From: Octopus bimaculoides
Lineage: Eukaryota
Length of the DNA: 64,000 bases
Reading direction: 5' to 3'
Assembly: GCF_001194135.2 (NCBI RefSeq)
Contig: NC_068988.1
Coordinates: 3,495,245 to 3,559,244 of the forward strand
Shown here: positions 50,311 to 63,577 of the stretch, piece after piece
Layout: every line of letters begins with the position of its first letter
Numbering within the stretch: position 1 is the stretch's first letter
Notes under the pieces: model-generated
Database searches by the model: none
Told to the model about the DNA's origin: nothing
Seen by the model: the letters and a program-made list of their open reading frames with translations, nothing else
Position numbers and translations under genes: made by a program

Positions 50311-53138
50311 ATAACAACACTCAACTGCTCAGATTTATTTCTTTACTAACTCACATGATGAGCAATGACATCACATGGTACCTATTTACAGCAAGACTGA
50401 GATATTTATGACTTCAATGACTTATTAAAGTACAAACATTCATTATTACATACATATCAGATATTCATCTTCAACTATTAATGACTCAGTGAACCACATG
50501 TTGTGTGAGCCACATGTTGAGTGAGCCACATGTGGAAACTAGAAGTATTCAGAGTTACTTTCCTTGTCTTAATTGTTGTTTCTTAGCTCTGAGTATATAA
50601 TTAAAGGCACTCCAAAAGTAGCCACCTTGCCTTTTATTCACATATTTTACAGTGTACTTCCTACATGAAGATAATAATATGCAATTTGTTGGAAATTTGA
50701 TCATTATTTCTGCCAGATATAGTGGTCAATAATAGCTTCATTCTTGAGTTATTCCACACAATATAATACCAGTAATTTATTCAGACAGTTTTTACCTAGG
50801 ACCACATCATTGAAAGTTTTCTTTTTTTTTTAAGGTGATAGTGTTATTTGAAGGAGATTTGCCTGTTAATTCTAGCAGGTTGAGCAACCCCACAGATTGC
50901 TGCCTCATTAGTCTGTTCTTTTCTTAGTTAATCCATTTGATGAAAGAACAATCAATAGAATTATTTAATCTTTCATGATCAGAGATATCTAATAAAGGAT
51001 GCTCACTTCTATTGACTTATTTGTTGCTAGATTACATTAAAAGTTACTTTCCATGTCTCAGCCACAACCAAATACAACTTCAAAATGGGAGATATTTTGT
51101 TTTCTTTTATATATGTTTTTCTTTTAGTTTCATTTTTATTTACTATTGGCCAGTTTATTTCAATACCTGCTAACTGAGACCAAACTTGTTTTTCAAATGA
51201 CCACCTTGTTGCTGGAATATTTTAATCTTTTCTAAGCATCGTTTTGCTTTCTGCAATATCTTCAGATGTTGCTGAATGTGAGAAAGGAAGGGGGTAAAAT
51301 CAATACGGTTCTTTTATAGTTTTATGTTTTTTTCTTTTTTATTATTTAAATGTTCTAGAAAGTATTTCTTAGGATGGGTTGAACATTTTCAACAGCTTTA
51401 TCAGAAGTCTTCTGATCTTGAGATTTTTAAGACCAAAACATATATAGGTTTGCTTTCCATTCACAATTCACTTTAGCTTCAAAGGTGTTGCTTCATTTGA
51501 GCATTGATTAAACAATGTGTTTATAGATTTTGTTACAAGATGTAGTATTGGTATTGTTGGTTTTCCAGGAATATTTAAATTCTTGTTAAGTTCAATGATA
51601 CTACGTAGCTATTGTTGTTGTTGTTGATATTTATGTTTGTGCTATATTTATTGTTTATTTTTATCCAGATAATTCAGTAAGTAACTCACCTGCATTACAC
51701 ACAATGTTCAGCTACAGCTGTTGTGATTTATGTTCTATTGATTATAGCAGACCAGAAGACATCATTATTATGCATTACAATTCGGTTAACGATATTGTTA
51801 GTTTTGCAACTCTGGGATTTTCTTTTTTCTTTTGCATCAAAGATTCATTTGGTTTGACTACAATTAATCGTAATTGTAGTAGTTTGCTGTAACTTTAAAG
51901 CAGTGAATATTGTGATTTGTGGTGTTCTAGTAGGATATATTTTCTTGTTTCATGCAAACTCATCTCTGCTTGTTTTATGCATTTTTCACTGTTCCCCAGA
52001 TTTTTTGCAGTTATTTGTAGAAGCAATCTTTTTCTACTTTCACTATTTTTTACAATCATCAACACATAACATAACATTACTCTCAAGCTACATCATTCAC
52101 AAAAAAAAAAAATTCAAATTAAATATTTATCCTATGTTTCTATAGCTGCAAAAATGTTGTTCATTTAATGATATTCAAGCTATCAGACATGTCTACAACC
52201 ACACATCATGCATAAGTGATGTCTAATTGAAAAAAATTTACATTTCTGTGAACAATTCAAGTAAATTTTCAAAACAATTCTACCAACGATATTCTTGAAC
52301 AATAAAAGGACACATCGATTTCAAACAAATTATAAATTAAATTTAATTTGCTGTAAAGTAACAAACTGAAACTAAAATACTTATAGTTTTATTACAGAAG
52401 AATTGCTAATATCGTCAATTTTAGGCATCTTAAAAATAAGCTATCTTGACCCTCAGCCAGTTATCTTCTGTTTTGTTCCAGGAATCATTTTGTTTCAAGC
52501 AAGGCACTATGATTTGAACTAAGTTCTCTGAGAGTTTCAAGAATGTTCTAATTTGACTTTTATATTCCTGTAGTAGTTTCTCAATATAAATCTCTTAATC
52601 CTGTTAGATACTAGAGATTTTGATGTAATGTAGTTTGTCCAGTTTAAAAATCATAAAAATATAGCTCTTTCAAGAATTTGGATGAAGCTTGCTGACACAA
52701 TAAAATAATCACAATCGTTGATATTTATGGGAATGTAATTTTTACCTGTTGTCATATCACTTTCACCTGCCCATGTAGGTTGAAGACAATTAATTACAAG
52801 TATTGTCATATATATTTATAAGATATCAGTTACTTGGCATTGTTTTCTCAATTAAATCAGTTGTAAATGAATAATGAATAAACAAACCATTAATAAATAA
52901 GGCCAACAAATTCTAACTCCTCACTTATTAACCACCATTATGCCTGAAAATGGAGACAAGAAAAAATCCAGAGAAATTTAGAAAATACAAAAAATAAACA
53001 TAAATAATGCATACCATAATTTTTTATAAAATGAGGCTAGACTCTGTTTTTCTAACAAAAAATGGTTAGTTTTAGGATTTGATCCCCAAACAGCAACACT
53101 ATTTGAAGATATGACTACTGGCAGGATCAACCAGGTAT

Positions 53139-53201
53139 CGATGCAGTATACCTATTTTAAAACCATGTCTATCCTGGCTTTAAAATAGGTACACTGCATC
53201 G
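53139..53201. other. 63-nt near-perfect inverted repeat (27-bp arms, 9-nt loop)
   Basis: cgatgcagtatacctattttaaaacca tgtctatcc tggctttaaaataggtacactgcatcg; 25/27 Watson-Crick pairs. Confidence 0.9.
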
Positions 53202-54074
53202 GTGGAAGAGGTATTAAAATGGTTAGTGATAGAAAGGGCAGTGCAGCCTTCAAAAAACTTTCCAACTCATAGCAACAGAAAAAAAAAGGACTTATGGTGA
53301 TGTATTTCATATAAATACTTATTCTCCACTTGCCATAAACCTAATGTATTTAAATCTAGAGTATATTAAGAAATTGCAATTGGTAGCTATTGAATGGTTC
53401 CAGCTGGTATCTGTCTTGAAACTTGGAAGCATATAAAATAACAATCGAGGATGATTTTTTCTATTTTTGTTCCTCATTCAAATACTTGAATACAACATAA
53501 GCTTCTTCAGAAACTTGAACTTATGATCTATTGATGACTGTTTCTATACAGTATTCATCCATTAATTCATCATTGTCATTTATGCAACAGACATTCACTG
53601 AAAGAGAAACAGTTACAGTGAAAATGCGCAGAAAGAAAATAAAATTATTTTCCCTTTCGGTGCCCTCTCCTCCTCTTCCTCCTCCTCCTCCTCCCTCCAC
53701 TATTTCTGCGGCAAGATAACATTTTATTTGCATGTCCTAATTTAGTTTTCATTTACAGTTCAATGATGACATTTGGAATTTTCATGTGAAGTGAGAGAAA
53801 ATAAAGAAACTTGTTGTTGTTATTATTATCATTATTATTATTATAATCATCATCATCATTATTATTATTATTACTATCATTATTGAAATACAAAAAAGAA
53901 ACATAAACTATTTATAATCAAATTCCATCTGTCAACCATCAATGTGCCATACAACTGCTATGAACTGTTTTCTGTAATACTGTTACCTGATCTTTCCAGC
54001 ATTTTATCCTTGGCATCAACAAATAATTAGAATAAATATAATTTTTTTTAATTACTTGTCATTTTTTACTAATG

Positions 54075-54077
54075 GAT

Positions 54078-54122
<45 letters not shown>

Positions 54123-54145
54123 CATGATAATAATAATAATAATTA
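54075..54145. repeat. (AAT)n microsatellite
   Basis: Direct reading. Confidence 0.9.
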
Positions 54146-56139
54146 CAACAGTAAAAACTAAAATGGTGATTGTTATAGTAATGATATGATATTAACAATA
54201 CAAACAACAATAACAGCAACAATAGCAGCACTAACAACAAAACCAATATTAATAAAAAAAAATAACATTATTGTCAAATATTATTTACAGTAAAATTTCC
54301 TATAATTTTATTTCCAGTTTTTTTGTTTTTGTTTTTATCTAAACAACATATTTGTTTTCATGTTTTTGTTTTCTTTTTTATTAAAATAGTTTTTCTCTGT
54401 TTACATAGCTGCATTCTAATCTATGGCAGCTATTCAAATGCAGTTTACATATTATTAAAATATTCCATCTGAATAGAATTCAAAATAACGGTTGAAAAAT
54501 AAATATATTCCTTTCTTTTTGCTTTTTTTTCCCTTTAATAATGGACTTTTTTCTTTGTCAACACAGTGGATTATTTTTCTTTACCTGCAATGATGGATTT
54601 GCAAGGTCTACAAATTTATAAAATGCATTTCATTACACATTTGGAGTAGGTGGGTATTTTTTAACTTAATTTTGTCAATGAGGCCTTGCAATTGATTTTG
54701 TTGTGACCCTATGAAACACTGAAATATTTTGTGAAATAAAGAATTGTTAATGAAGAAATGAAATTCATATTTTTGTATTTCTAGAAATGATTTCTGAACC
54801 ATAGAACACTGCTAGCAAAAGGTTGAAAGGAATTCTTTGATACAAACAAAACATCTCTCTTGCAGCTTGTATCACGTTCTAATAAGGAATGTCACCACTT
54901 CATCATTTTACAACCACTTCCACACTGATTTGTGTTGGATAAGTAACCATTGTCAGTGTCAGTACATATTTGAGGGCTGGAACTACATAAATCAAGGCTT
55001 CTTATTTTGGCCATATTTCATTTTTGGCTTAGTTTTTATGGTTGGATTTTTTTCTTAAATCAACCTTCTTTTAGAGAGTAGTGGGTATTCTTTTGTAGCA
55101 CCAGCATTAGAGAGGGGTCCTCATAGCCATACACTTTACAGAGGGGGGAGGGACTGGGTATGTTTTCTATGACAACAGTACTGAGAGGTCGTCGTGTCTT
55201 CTTCTCGGTTAAAAGGACCTCACAACTGCACGTCTCTGCTCATGCATCTGTCTCTTTACTAAGTGATAGAAATACGAGTGATAGAATTACGAGTGATGGT
55301 GATGAGAGGGATGAGTGATAGTGAAAGAAGTAATAAGCGGACTCAGTATTCTGAGTTAGGCTTGTATGTACAAGAACAGTGACTGAGATGGCAAGGAGAC
55401 AACGGAAGTCTATGCGGCTCAGAGATTAGAATGAAGACAGTGGCAGAAAAGAAATGGAAGAATCGGGTAGACTAAGTGAGACAGAGTGATGACAGACAGT
55501 ACAAGAGGAGAAGGTGAAGGTAGAGTGAACTGAGTACAAGTGGTCCACTGCAGCACCCACCCCAGACACACACACTAGGGATGAAATGGGCAGGGGGTGG
55601 GGGTCAAGTCAGAAGAGTAGTGGCAAGGGAATGGAAACTAAATGGCAGAAAGGAGTAATGGAGAAAGGGTAGAATAGGTGCAATGGCATCCTTTGTTACT
55701 CTAACTGGAAGCAACATGTGGCAAATAGAAGAAGTCTACTACTATCCTCAATCACACCAGAAATATTGACCAACGTAAACTGAGAAAAGGAGAGAGTGAT
55801 TGACCTATGTTCAACAAGAGACAAGTTGCTGCATCAGTCTTCTCCCAAACATTAACCTAGCTTTTGTTACAATTCTTTATCATCTTCTTTTATAAGACTC
55901 AACCTCCTGCAATCGAACCTGACCATTATTTCCTCATTTCTTCCTTAGCATTCCTCTTTGGTAAGTTCTTTCCTCTTGGATCTCTTGGCACTTCTTATTC
56001 AACTGTCATTTTCCATACGCATCTCTTGTCCATTTCAATGCAGTCTTCTGTCTGGTACACTACATCTGATTCCACTTATACCTAGATTGTCTCTCAGCAT
56101 ATTTATACTCCATTATTGATACTCATTAACATGTCACAT

Positions 56140-56270
56140 CATCATCACCACCACCGACACCACCGACACCACCGACACCACCATCACCACCGACACCACC
56201 ATCACCACTGACACCACCATCACCACCGACACCACCATCACCACCGACACCACCACCATCATCACTATCA
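56140..56270. repeat. (CAC)n-based tandem repeat with an 18-bp higher-order unit (caccgacaccaccatcac)
   Basis: Direct reading. Confidence 0.85.
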
Positions 56271-56529
56271 TCATTGTTGTGGCTGTTGTTTTACTGTCTA
56301 CTTTTCCATGTTTTCAAGGGTCAGATAGAGTTAATTGAGGCAGATTTTCTAAGACAGGATGCCCTTCCTCTCACCAACCCTTATCTATTTCCAAGTAAGA
56401 TAGTATTTCTCCAAGGTGAGTGACATGTTTTTACAGGAAATGAATTACACTGTTTGTATGATGGTGACACTCATTTAAAACAATGATGTAATGTCAAGAC
56501 CAGGAGACACACACAACTCACATATCTTC

Positions 56530-56675
56530 TTTTGATTTCTACTGATTCCACTGAGAAGACTTTGATTGGCCTGGGGTTATAGTGGAAGACAGTTGGCCCA
56601 AGATGCCACATAGTGGGACTGAACCCAAAATCATGTTGTAGGGGAGCAAACTGCTAAACCACGCAGCCACACCTG
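56530..56675 (-). mobile_element. tRNA-head SINE, 5' half
   Basis: ctgagaagactttgattggcctggggttatagtggaagacagttggcccaagatgccacatagtgggactgaacc is the reverse complement of the SINE head. Confidence 0.7.
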
Positions 56676-57104
56676 GTACAACTTAATATAATAACAATAT
56701 GTAAATCTATTGTTTAACAATTATTTAACAATGATATTTCTAAAATGTTGTGATTAACACAGCTAACCACAGAGACTAACTGTCTGTTGTTCACACAGCC
56801 ATCAGGAATTGGTAATATCTACCTAAAGACATGCCAGTACCAAAAGATAAGATGAAAGTGCTTTGCAACAGACACTGAAAATGGAAACATTCTGAAAATA
56901 AAACCTAAATTGAAAAAGTTAGATTTCTTTCAAATAAATCTTTGATGTCTTAGTTTTTTGTAATTAAAAATAAATTAAATTTTCTTTTCCTAGAATATTC
57001 TGTTGTAATTAATTAGTTGTTGTTTAGTCCATGCCAATCCCAATTAAGCAGACCTATGATCAAAAGGTATTCTGATGATAATCACCCTGTCATTTATTTA
57101 GACA

Positions 57105-57228
57105 TTGAAGGCACATAGCCTAATGGTTAGGGTGTTCAGCTCACAAACATAATGTCATGGATTCAATTCCTAGACTGGGCACTGTATTGTGACCTTGAGC
57201 AAGACACTTCATTTCATGTTGTTTCAAT
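57105..57228 (+). mobile_element. tRNA-derived SINE head
   Basis: ggcacatagcctaatggttagggtgttcagc (box A-like), gattcaattcc (box B-like), gaccttgagcaagacacttc. Confidence 0.65.
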
Positions 57229-57289
57229 CTAGCAGGTCAAGTTACAGCATAGAGGATTTCTCTCTGGTTTGCAATTAACNNNNNNNNNN

Positions 57290-57430
57290 TGTTAGGAAGG
57301 GCATTCAGCTGTAGAAACTCTGCCAAATCAGATTGGAGCCTGGTGTAGCCATCTGGCTCACCAGTCCTCAATCAAATTGCCCAACCCATGCTAGCATGGA
57401 AAGCGGACGTTAAATGATGATGATGATGAA
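57290..57430 (+). mobile_element. RTE-type 3' tail
   Basis: gttaggaagggcattcagctgtagaaac..aacccatgctagcatggaaagcggacgttaaa(tga)n. Confidence 0.85.
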
Positions 57431-57851
57431 TTAGGACAACATCATCAACATATTGTTCCTTTTCTAAGATAGCAGTGTTTGACTTTAGGGAGATTGGGGT
57501 GATATTTCTAGCAGGTCAAGTTACAGCATAGAGGATTTCTCTCTGGTTTGCAATTAACTTGTAAGTAAAGTAAAACACTCTTAGCATCATTGTAAATAAA
57601 ATCTTGTAATACATGACACTTGGTATAGAGGAACATCAAATATCTTTGGCAAAAACTAGTTTCATTTTCTTCACTCCATTTTATATAAATACAGCAACAT
57701 CTTTGAAAGAGTAAAAGTCAACGGTGATGGTTTCTAGCCTTGACTTCAACTCCATGACCAGAAGGGAAAATAGATCCCAACCCATCTGTGTTATCACTAA
57801 GCCTTCTGGAAGTACTGCCCCTCAAATCACTTTAAAAAGGAGATATTAGAT

Positions 57852-58201
57852 CAGTGATTCTCAATTAGGGTTCATATGACCCTAAGGGTCTGTTTCAGAA
57901 TTTTGGAGTCCATGCAAGCAAAACAGCAAATGAGATATCGCAATAATATTTTAAGGGCCCACAAAAACATTTCGTACAAAACGTATTTATATATCACAAG
58001 AACCAGTTTCGTTTCTCTAATGTGTTCCATTATTCACCATGACTTTCTGGCCACTGAAACAGATTCTCTCAGTGAGGGCTCTTTCAAACCTACACAGGTG
58101 AACAAGTGAAAAAGATAGGAATCCTGAGCCTTTTAAGCATAGAATGGCTATGAAATAGAAATCAAAGGAGCCCATAGGCAAAAAATGGTTGAGAACCACT
58201 G
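57852..58201. mobile_element. hAT-type MITE
   Basis: Terminal inverted repeats cagtgattctcaa and ttgagaaccactg; 8-bp flanks tattagat / cattcgat (6/8). Confidence 0.78.
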
Positions 58202-59078
58202 CATTCGATATGGTAGTCTTGAACTTAGAAAATGACAGCATGGTCAAATTTGGATTGCTTTTAGCTATAAGTCTGTTTGATCAGAGCTGAACTAGGACTA
58301 CATCCCAACAGCAACAAAATATCAATAGATACCTCTGATCATGAAAAATCAAATAAAGACAACTGTCAAAGGAAGAATTCTCAAGCATTCCATTCCATTT
58401 TGATCAATCGTTGGTTTGTTGGCTTTTTTTTTTTGTTTCTTTTCACCACATCTCAACATGTTTTCCCAATAATTTGATGTTGTATTTTCAGACATTTAGT
58501 AGCATATTGCTTTTGATATTTATTGTTTTGTTTTGTGAAATTAATTTGCAGTGCACTTGTATTCAGTATGTGGAATGTTATCTGAATATCAATGAAATAT
58601 TAATTGGAGTGCTCCTACTTCCCACTCCGTTACAACATGAAAACAAAATACAGTAAATTAAAAAATCCTAAAACTGCTTCAATGAAAGAATTGTTGAGAT
58701 GAAGAATTTAATTTGTGAAAATTTCACACATTGTCACAGAAACCCTTCTTCAGGGCAGTTTACAACTATTATGTTTCCTTTTTTGCACGATTAAATATTT
58801 CAGAAAAGACCATTGAGAATAATGCATTATGGCTGTGGAAAATTCTAAAAAATAAAATGCTGCCAGGAAAAATAAATATTGTTGACTTTTATTTTTTTTT
58901 TGGTATTGTTTTCCTGTGAATATTTATTTTTTATGTAAATATGATGTAACTAAATGTGCTGAAAATTATGAAATTAATTCTAACGATATTCAATAGAAGT
59001 GGAGAAAGTGTTTGTTGCTTAGTTTCTGTGGAATAAATTGTTGGTTATAAAAATACACAGAGTGACTTATAGATGCAT

Positions 59079-59139
<61 letters not shown>

Positions 59140-59684
59140 TAGATACATATATACATACATCCACACATGCATACATACATATGTATGTACACTCACATGC
59201 ACACATACATATACGTGAACAACTAATGCACACTTTTTTAGTGTTCAGGTAAAATGGTTTACACAAATTTGAATATCTGCCTAGTGTTTTGATAACTAGA
59301 TTCAACTTTTATGACAGACAGTTTTGTTGTGATATATGAGTAACAACTTTTAGTTAACAAGTGAGTTGAATGACATATTTCAAGAAAATAGGGTGTGATT
59401 TGAAGAAAATATGGCTGCTATATCTAGCATGTAAAAGAACCATACACAGGCTCCCTCATTGGTTTATATACTTGTGTGCATAGACAAGAAATCTGAAAAA
59501 TATATTACTTGCTTTATATAAAATCCAACACATCAACAGCTGTTTGTTTCCCTGTTTTAATAATTTATAAAATATTAAACAGCTGGTAAACTGTAAATAA
59601 CTAGCAGTATGTTAATTAATTAATTAATTACACATATAATGTGTGAAGGTATGAGAATAATGTCTAAAAGTATCTTTTATCTGT

Positions 59685-60009
59685 TACTTGTTCCAGTCAT
59701 TGGACTGTGGCATGTTGAGGCACCACCTTGAAGGATTTTGACTCAGCAAATGGACTCCAATATTTACATTTTCAATTCTGGCTCTTAATCTATCTCTTAC
59801 TGAACCGCTAAGTTATGGGGATGTAAACACTCCAACACCGATTGTCAAGCAGTGGGGATTAGTTGGGATACAAATAAGAGTACACACACTCATGCACCCA
59901 CATGCACACACACCCATGCACCCACATGCACACACACACAAACACACATACACAGGCATGCACACACACACAAACACACATACACAGGCATGCACACACN
60001 NNNNNNNNN

Positions 60010-60061
<52 letters not shown>

Positions 60062-60635
60062 GTAAATGAAAATCTTCCATACAGTTTCCATCACCAAATT
60101 CAGTCTCAAGAATAGGTTGGCTTTGGGCTAGAAGATACTTGCCCAAGATGCCATGCAGTGGGATTGAACCCCAAAGCCATTCCATTTCAAAGTGTGACCT
60201 TCTTAAACACACAACCCACACCTCTCTTTTCTCTTTTCTCTTTTACTTGTTTCAATCATTAGACTGCGGCCATGCTGTGGGAATTGATATCTGTGTATGC
60301 ATGTGTGTGTGTGTGAAGAATTTTTAGTTGACTGAATCAACCCAGTACTTAGTTTTTCTTTTAAATCTGGAACTTATTCTATCACTCGTTTTGATGAACT
60401 GTTAAGTTATGGGAATATAAACACACCAACACCATTTGTCAAGTGGTGGTGGAGGACAAACACACACACATATGAAGGGGCTTCATTCAGTTTCTACGTA
60501 TCAAATCCACTCAGAAGGCTTTGGTTAGCCTGAGGCTATAGTAGAAGACACTAGCCCAAGGTGCTTAGCAGTGAGACTGAACCTGGAACCATGTGGTTGT
60601 GAAGCAAGCTTCTTACCACATGGCTATGTCTGCTC
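59685..60635 (-). mobile_element. Two tandem, largely complete tRNA-head SINEs with an internal (CA)n tract
   Basis: Each has a tail (ttacttgtttc..gtcatt.gactg..g.catg), a body (gaac..ctaagtta.ggg..taaacac.ccaacacc..ttgtcaag) and a head (agaagacact.gcccaag..gcagtg.gactgaacc). Confidence 0.8.
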
Positions 60636-62397
60636 CTATGAGGTAAACATTTCAAGAAGTTTGCAAGAAAAATCTGTCTTGAATACAAAATTAGTGAAAT
60701 GATCTCCAGTGGTGAATGTTATCTTCCGACTGAAAGATAACAAAATAACTTATGATATTTTTCCATAACAATCTACTTTGAAGTATGATATCTGAAAAAG
60801 GTTTTCTTTAAATCTGTATTAGAAAATATTTCTTGTCAGCTTTACATAGAATCAATTCTAGTTCTGATGTTCTTTGGTGAGCAACATAATCTAAAGTTTA
60901 TGTCAATTCTGTATGAATAAGTTTTGTCGGTGTTGAAAGCAGAGCATATTCATTCTGGCAGGATTCAGAAATCCTGATATCTACCCATTAATAAGATCAC
61001 TGTTTTATTGGACAAATCTGAATTGGTGAACTTCATCTTTTTTCCAAACTCAATTCTTTTTCTTATGGAAGTTTATTGTTTCTCATTTAGAGATCTTTTA
61101 TGCTTTGGACATCTAAAATTTAGTTTTATGGTCCACTGTTAGGTTGTCTCAAATTATTTTTACCATTGATGAGAGAGATGAGGGAGAGAGAAAGAGACCA
61201 GAATAAAAATGTGGAAGAGAATAACCTTAACTGTTAGAAGCTAGAATAATTTAGAAAGTCTTGAAATGAACAGAAACTTCAAAGATTAGTAATTCTTAGA
61301 ATGAAAAACTGAAAGACTGCAAGTAGTCTGCAGCACAAGCATGTTGAGATACCAATGGATTGGTATTGTGAAACTGATAAGGAAATGCAATGAGATGTTG
61401 CATAAATGCTGATTGAACTTAGTGGACTGCTATGAACAAATTACTTAGGTAAAGCAGAGCAAGGCTGGAGATAGCATAAGGGTTGGCCAAAAACTGAATG
61501 GTTCTTTAAAATAAATGACTGATTATTATTGATGTGTGTGGTTATATTCTGAAGGAAGAATAAGTTACGCTTGTTTAAAAACTGAATTATTCAAGATATG
61601 TAAACAAAATTCAGTACCATGGCATACATACATATAAACTATGTCAGGAGTCAATTGTTGCTCAGAGATAAAATATACATAAATAAGCATTGTAAGGAAC
61701 TAAAAGCTAAAAGGGCTGAAATATTGTTTGCCCATAGAAATGAGTAGGATATATGCTCTCTAGAACTGATTTTTAGAGTTGAGGGTCTATGATAGATATA
61801 ATGTGGTTTCTTTTATGGCGGCATGTGTTTATGAAAATAAATATTTCAAGATGATCATGGTACAGTTTCAACTTATGGACTATGCGATCTGTCTCCAGGT
61901 ACCCCAATATCACAACGATTGTGCCTCGTAGGTTCACATGCAGTGTGAAGAGTGCTTTTAGTTCAATCATTAAGATTACAGTTAAGTATAAAAAAAAAGT
62001 CAATATTTTATGAGTCAGCCTTATATATAGCTTTGCTGCATTTGTTAACATCATATAACCTCACAATAAATAATTAACATGCAAGCCTGCCAGGGTACAG
62101 TGTAAGGGGGCAAATGTTTTAACCATTCTGCAATTCTGCAGTGAAATTATGTTTACTGGATAACAGAAGGATATAACCATTAGTTTTATTAGTCAAGACA
62201 TATCTCAAATGGCTCGCTATTGATTGCTGTGGTAATTACGTTTGCTATTAATCAAGTAAGCCATTGGTAGCTCTACATTTAATGATGTTCTTTTTACTGC
62301 AATAAATTAATTAGCAGAAATATGGTTGTCTCTTCAAAGTAAGTGATTTCTATAAAATTGAGAAGATTTATTTTAAGCAATGAAACACAAAAAAATA

Positions 62398-62443
<46 letters not shown>

Positions 62444-62553
62444 TGTGTATATATATATGTACACACACATAGATATATATATATGTGTGTGTGTGTGAGT
62501 GCGTGTATGTGTACATATATACTCACATGCATATGCATGTGTATATACATGTG

Positions 62554-62587
<34 letters not shown>

Positions 62588-62645
62588 CACACACACACAT
62601 ATATGTGTGTATGTATATATACATACATGTATATATATAACACAT
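62398..62645. repeat. Compound (TA)n/(CA)n microsatellite
   Basis: Direct reading. Confidence 0.9.
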
Positions 62646-63049
62646 AAACAATTAGTCAAGAACAATAGGCTAAGCATGTCTCTTATTGTTAATAGAAACT
62701 ATGTAAGTTGTATGTAATTGATAAATCATCTGATGGTGCCAACAACAATAAACATTTCGAATACATTATCTGACATTCAAGGGCAGAAATTTGGCAGAAA
62801 TAGCAGAATGATAGAGTAAATACTTTTTAATGTTTCACTCCATTAATCTACAATCAGAGTTTAATCTCATCAATATTTACCCTTCAACCAATTAGTAGCG
62901 GAACCAACCATAATCTGGTACAGTTGCTCACTCAAAATACCAGATTACTTCTTAAAAATTTTCTGGTGTTGTGATATAGTAGACTATTCTACTTTCTATT
63001 AAATACCTATCATCATCATCATCATCATCATCATGGTCATTATTGTTAT

Positions 63050-63270
63050 TAAGACAGCAAGCTAGCAGAAATGTTACCGCACTGGAAAAACTGCTTATAG
63101 ACATTTCTTCCAACTTTATGTTCTCAGTTCAAATGCTGTCAAGGTTGACTTTGTCTTTCATCCTTTTACAGTTGCTAAAATAAGTACCAGCTGTGAACTG
63201 GGGTTGATGTTATTGACTTATACTCTTCCCTGAAATTGCTGGCCTTGTGCCACAATTTGAAATCATCATT
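63050..63270 (+). mobile_element. SINE
   Basis: ggcaagctagcagaaatgtta..cagttcaaatgctgtcaaggttgactttgtctttcatcc..aaataagtaccag..gaaattgctggccttgtgccacaatttgaaa. Confidence 0.75.
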
Positions 63271-63406
63271 ATTATTATTATTATTATTATCATCACAGTT
63301 CTCAGAATATTTTGACCGGGAGCTGGTCATAACTAACAACAATGTGTCCTCTCAACTTACTCATTCCAGATACATTTGACAGTACTCTTCTCAAAACCAC
63401 TAACTT

Positions 63407-63437
<31 letters not shown>

Positions 63438-63438
<1 letters not shown>

Positions 63439-63553
63439 ACTTTCAATACAGTAAACATAAGAGCACCACAGCAAACCACAGCACATACCCAAGGCACACA
63501 GAGCTGCGCTCGGTAGTGAAGTGAAAGCACGTTATAAAAATAAAACTACTGAA
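63438..63553 (+). mobile_element. 5'-truncated Dong/R4 LINE 3' end inside an (AAT)n tract
   Basis: Starts with acactttcaatacagtaa (TLSIQ*, read as the ORF end), followed by the 3' UTR cccaaggcacacagagctgcgctcggtagtgaagtgaaagcacgttataaaaataaaactactg. (AAT)n lies on both sides. Confidence 0.75.
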
Positions 63554-63577
63554 TAATAATAATGATAATAATAATAA

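Noticed and set aside
52753-52816. Minus-strand MTILVINCLQPTWAGESDMTT followed by a GT donor, signal-peptide-like
   Set aside because: No compatible downstream exon could be established.
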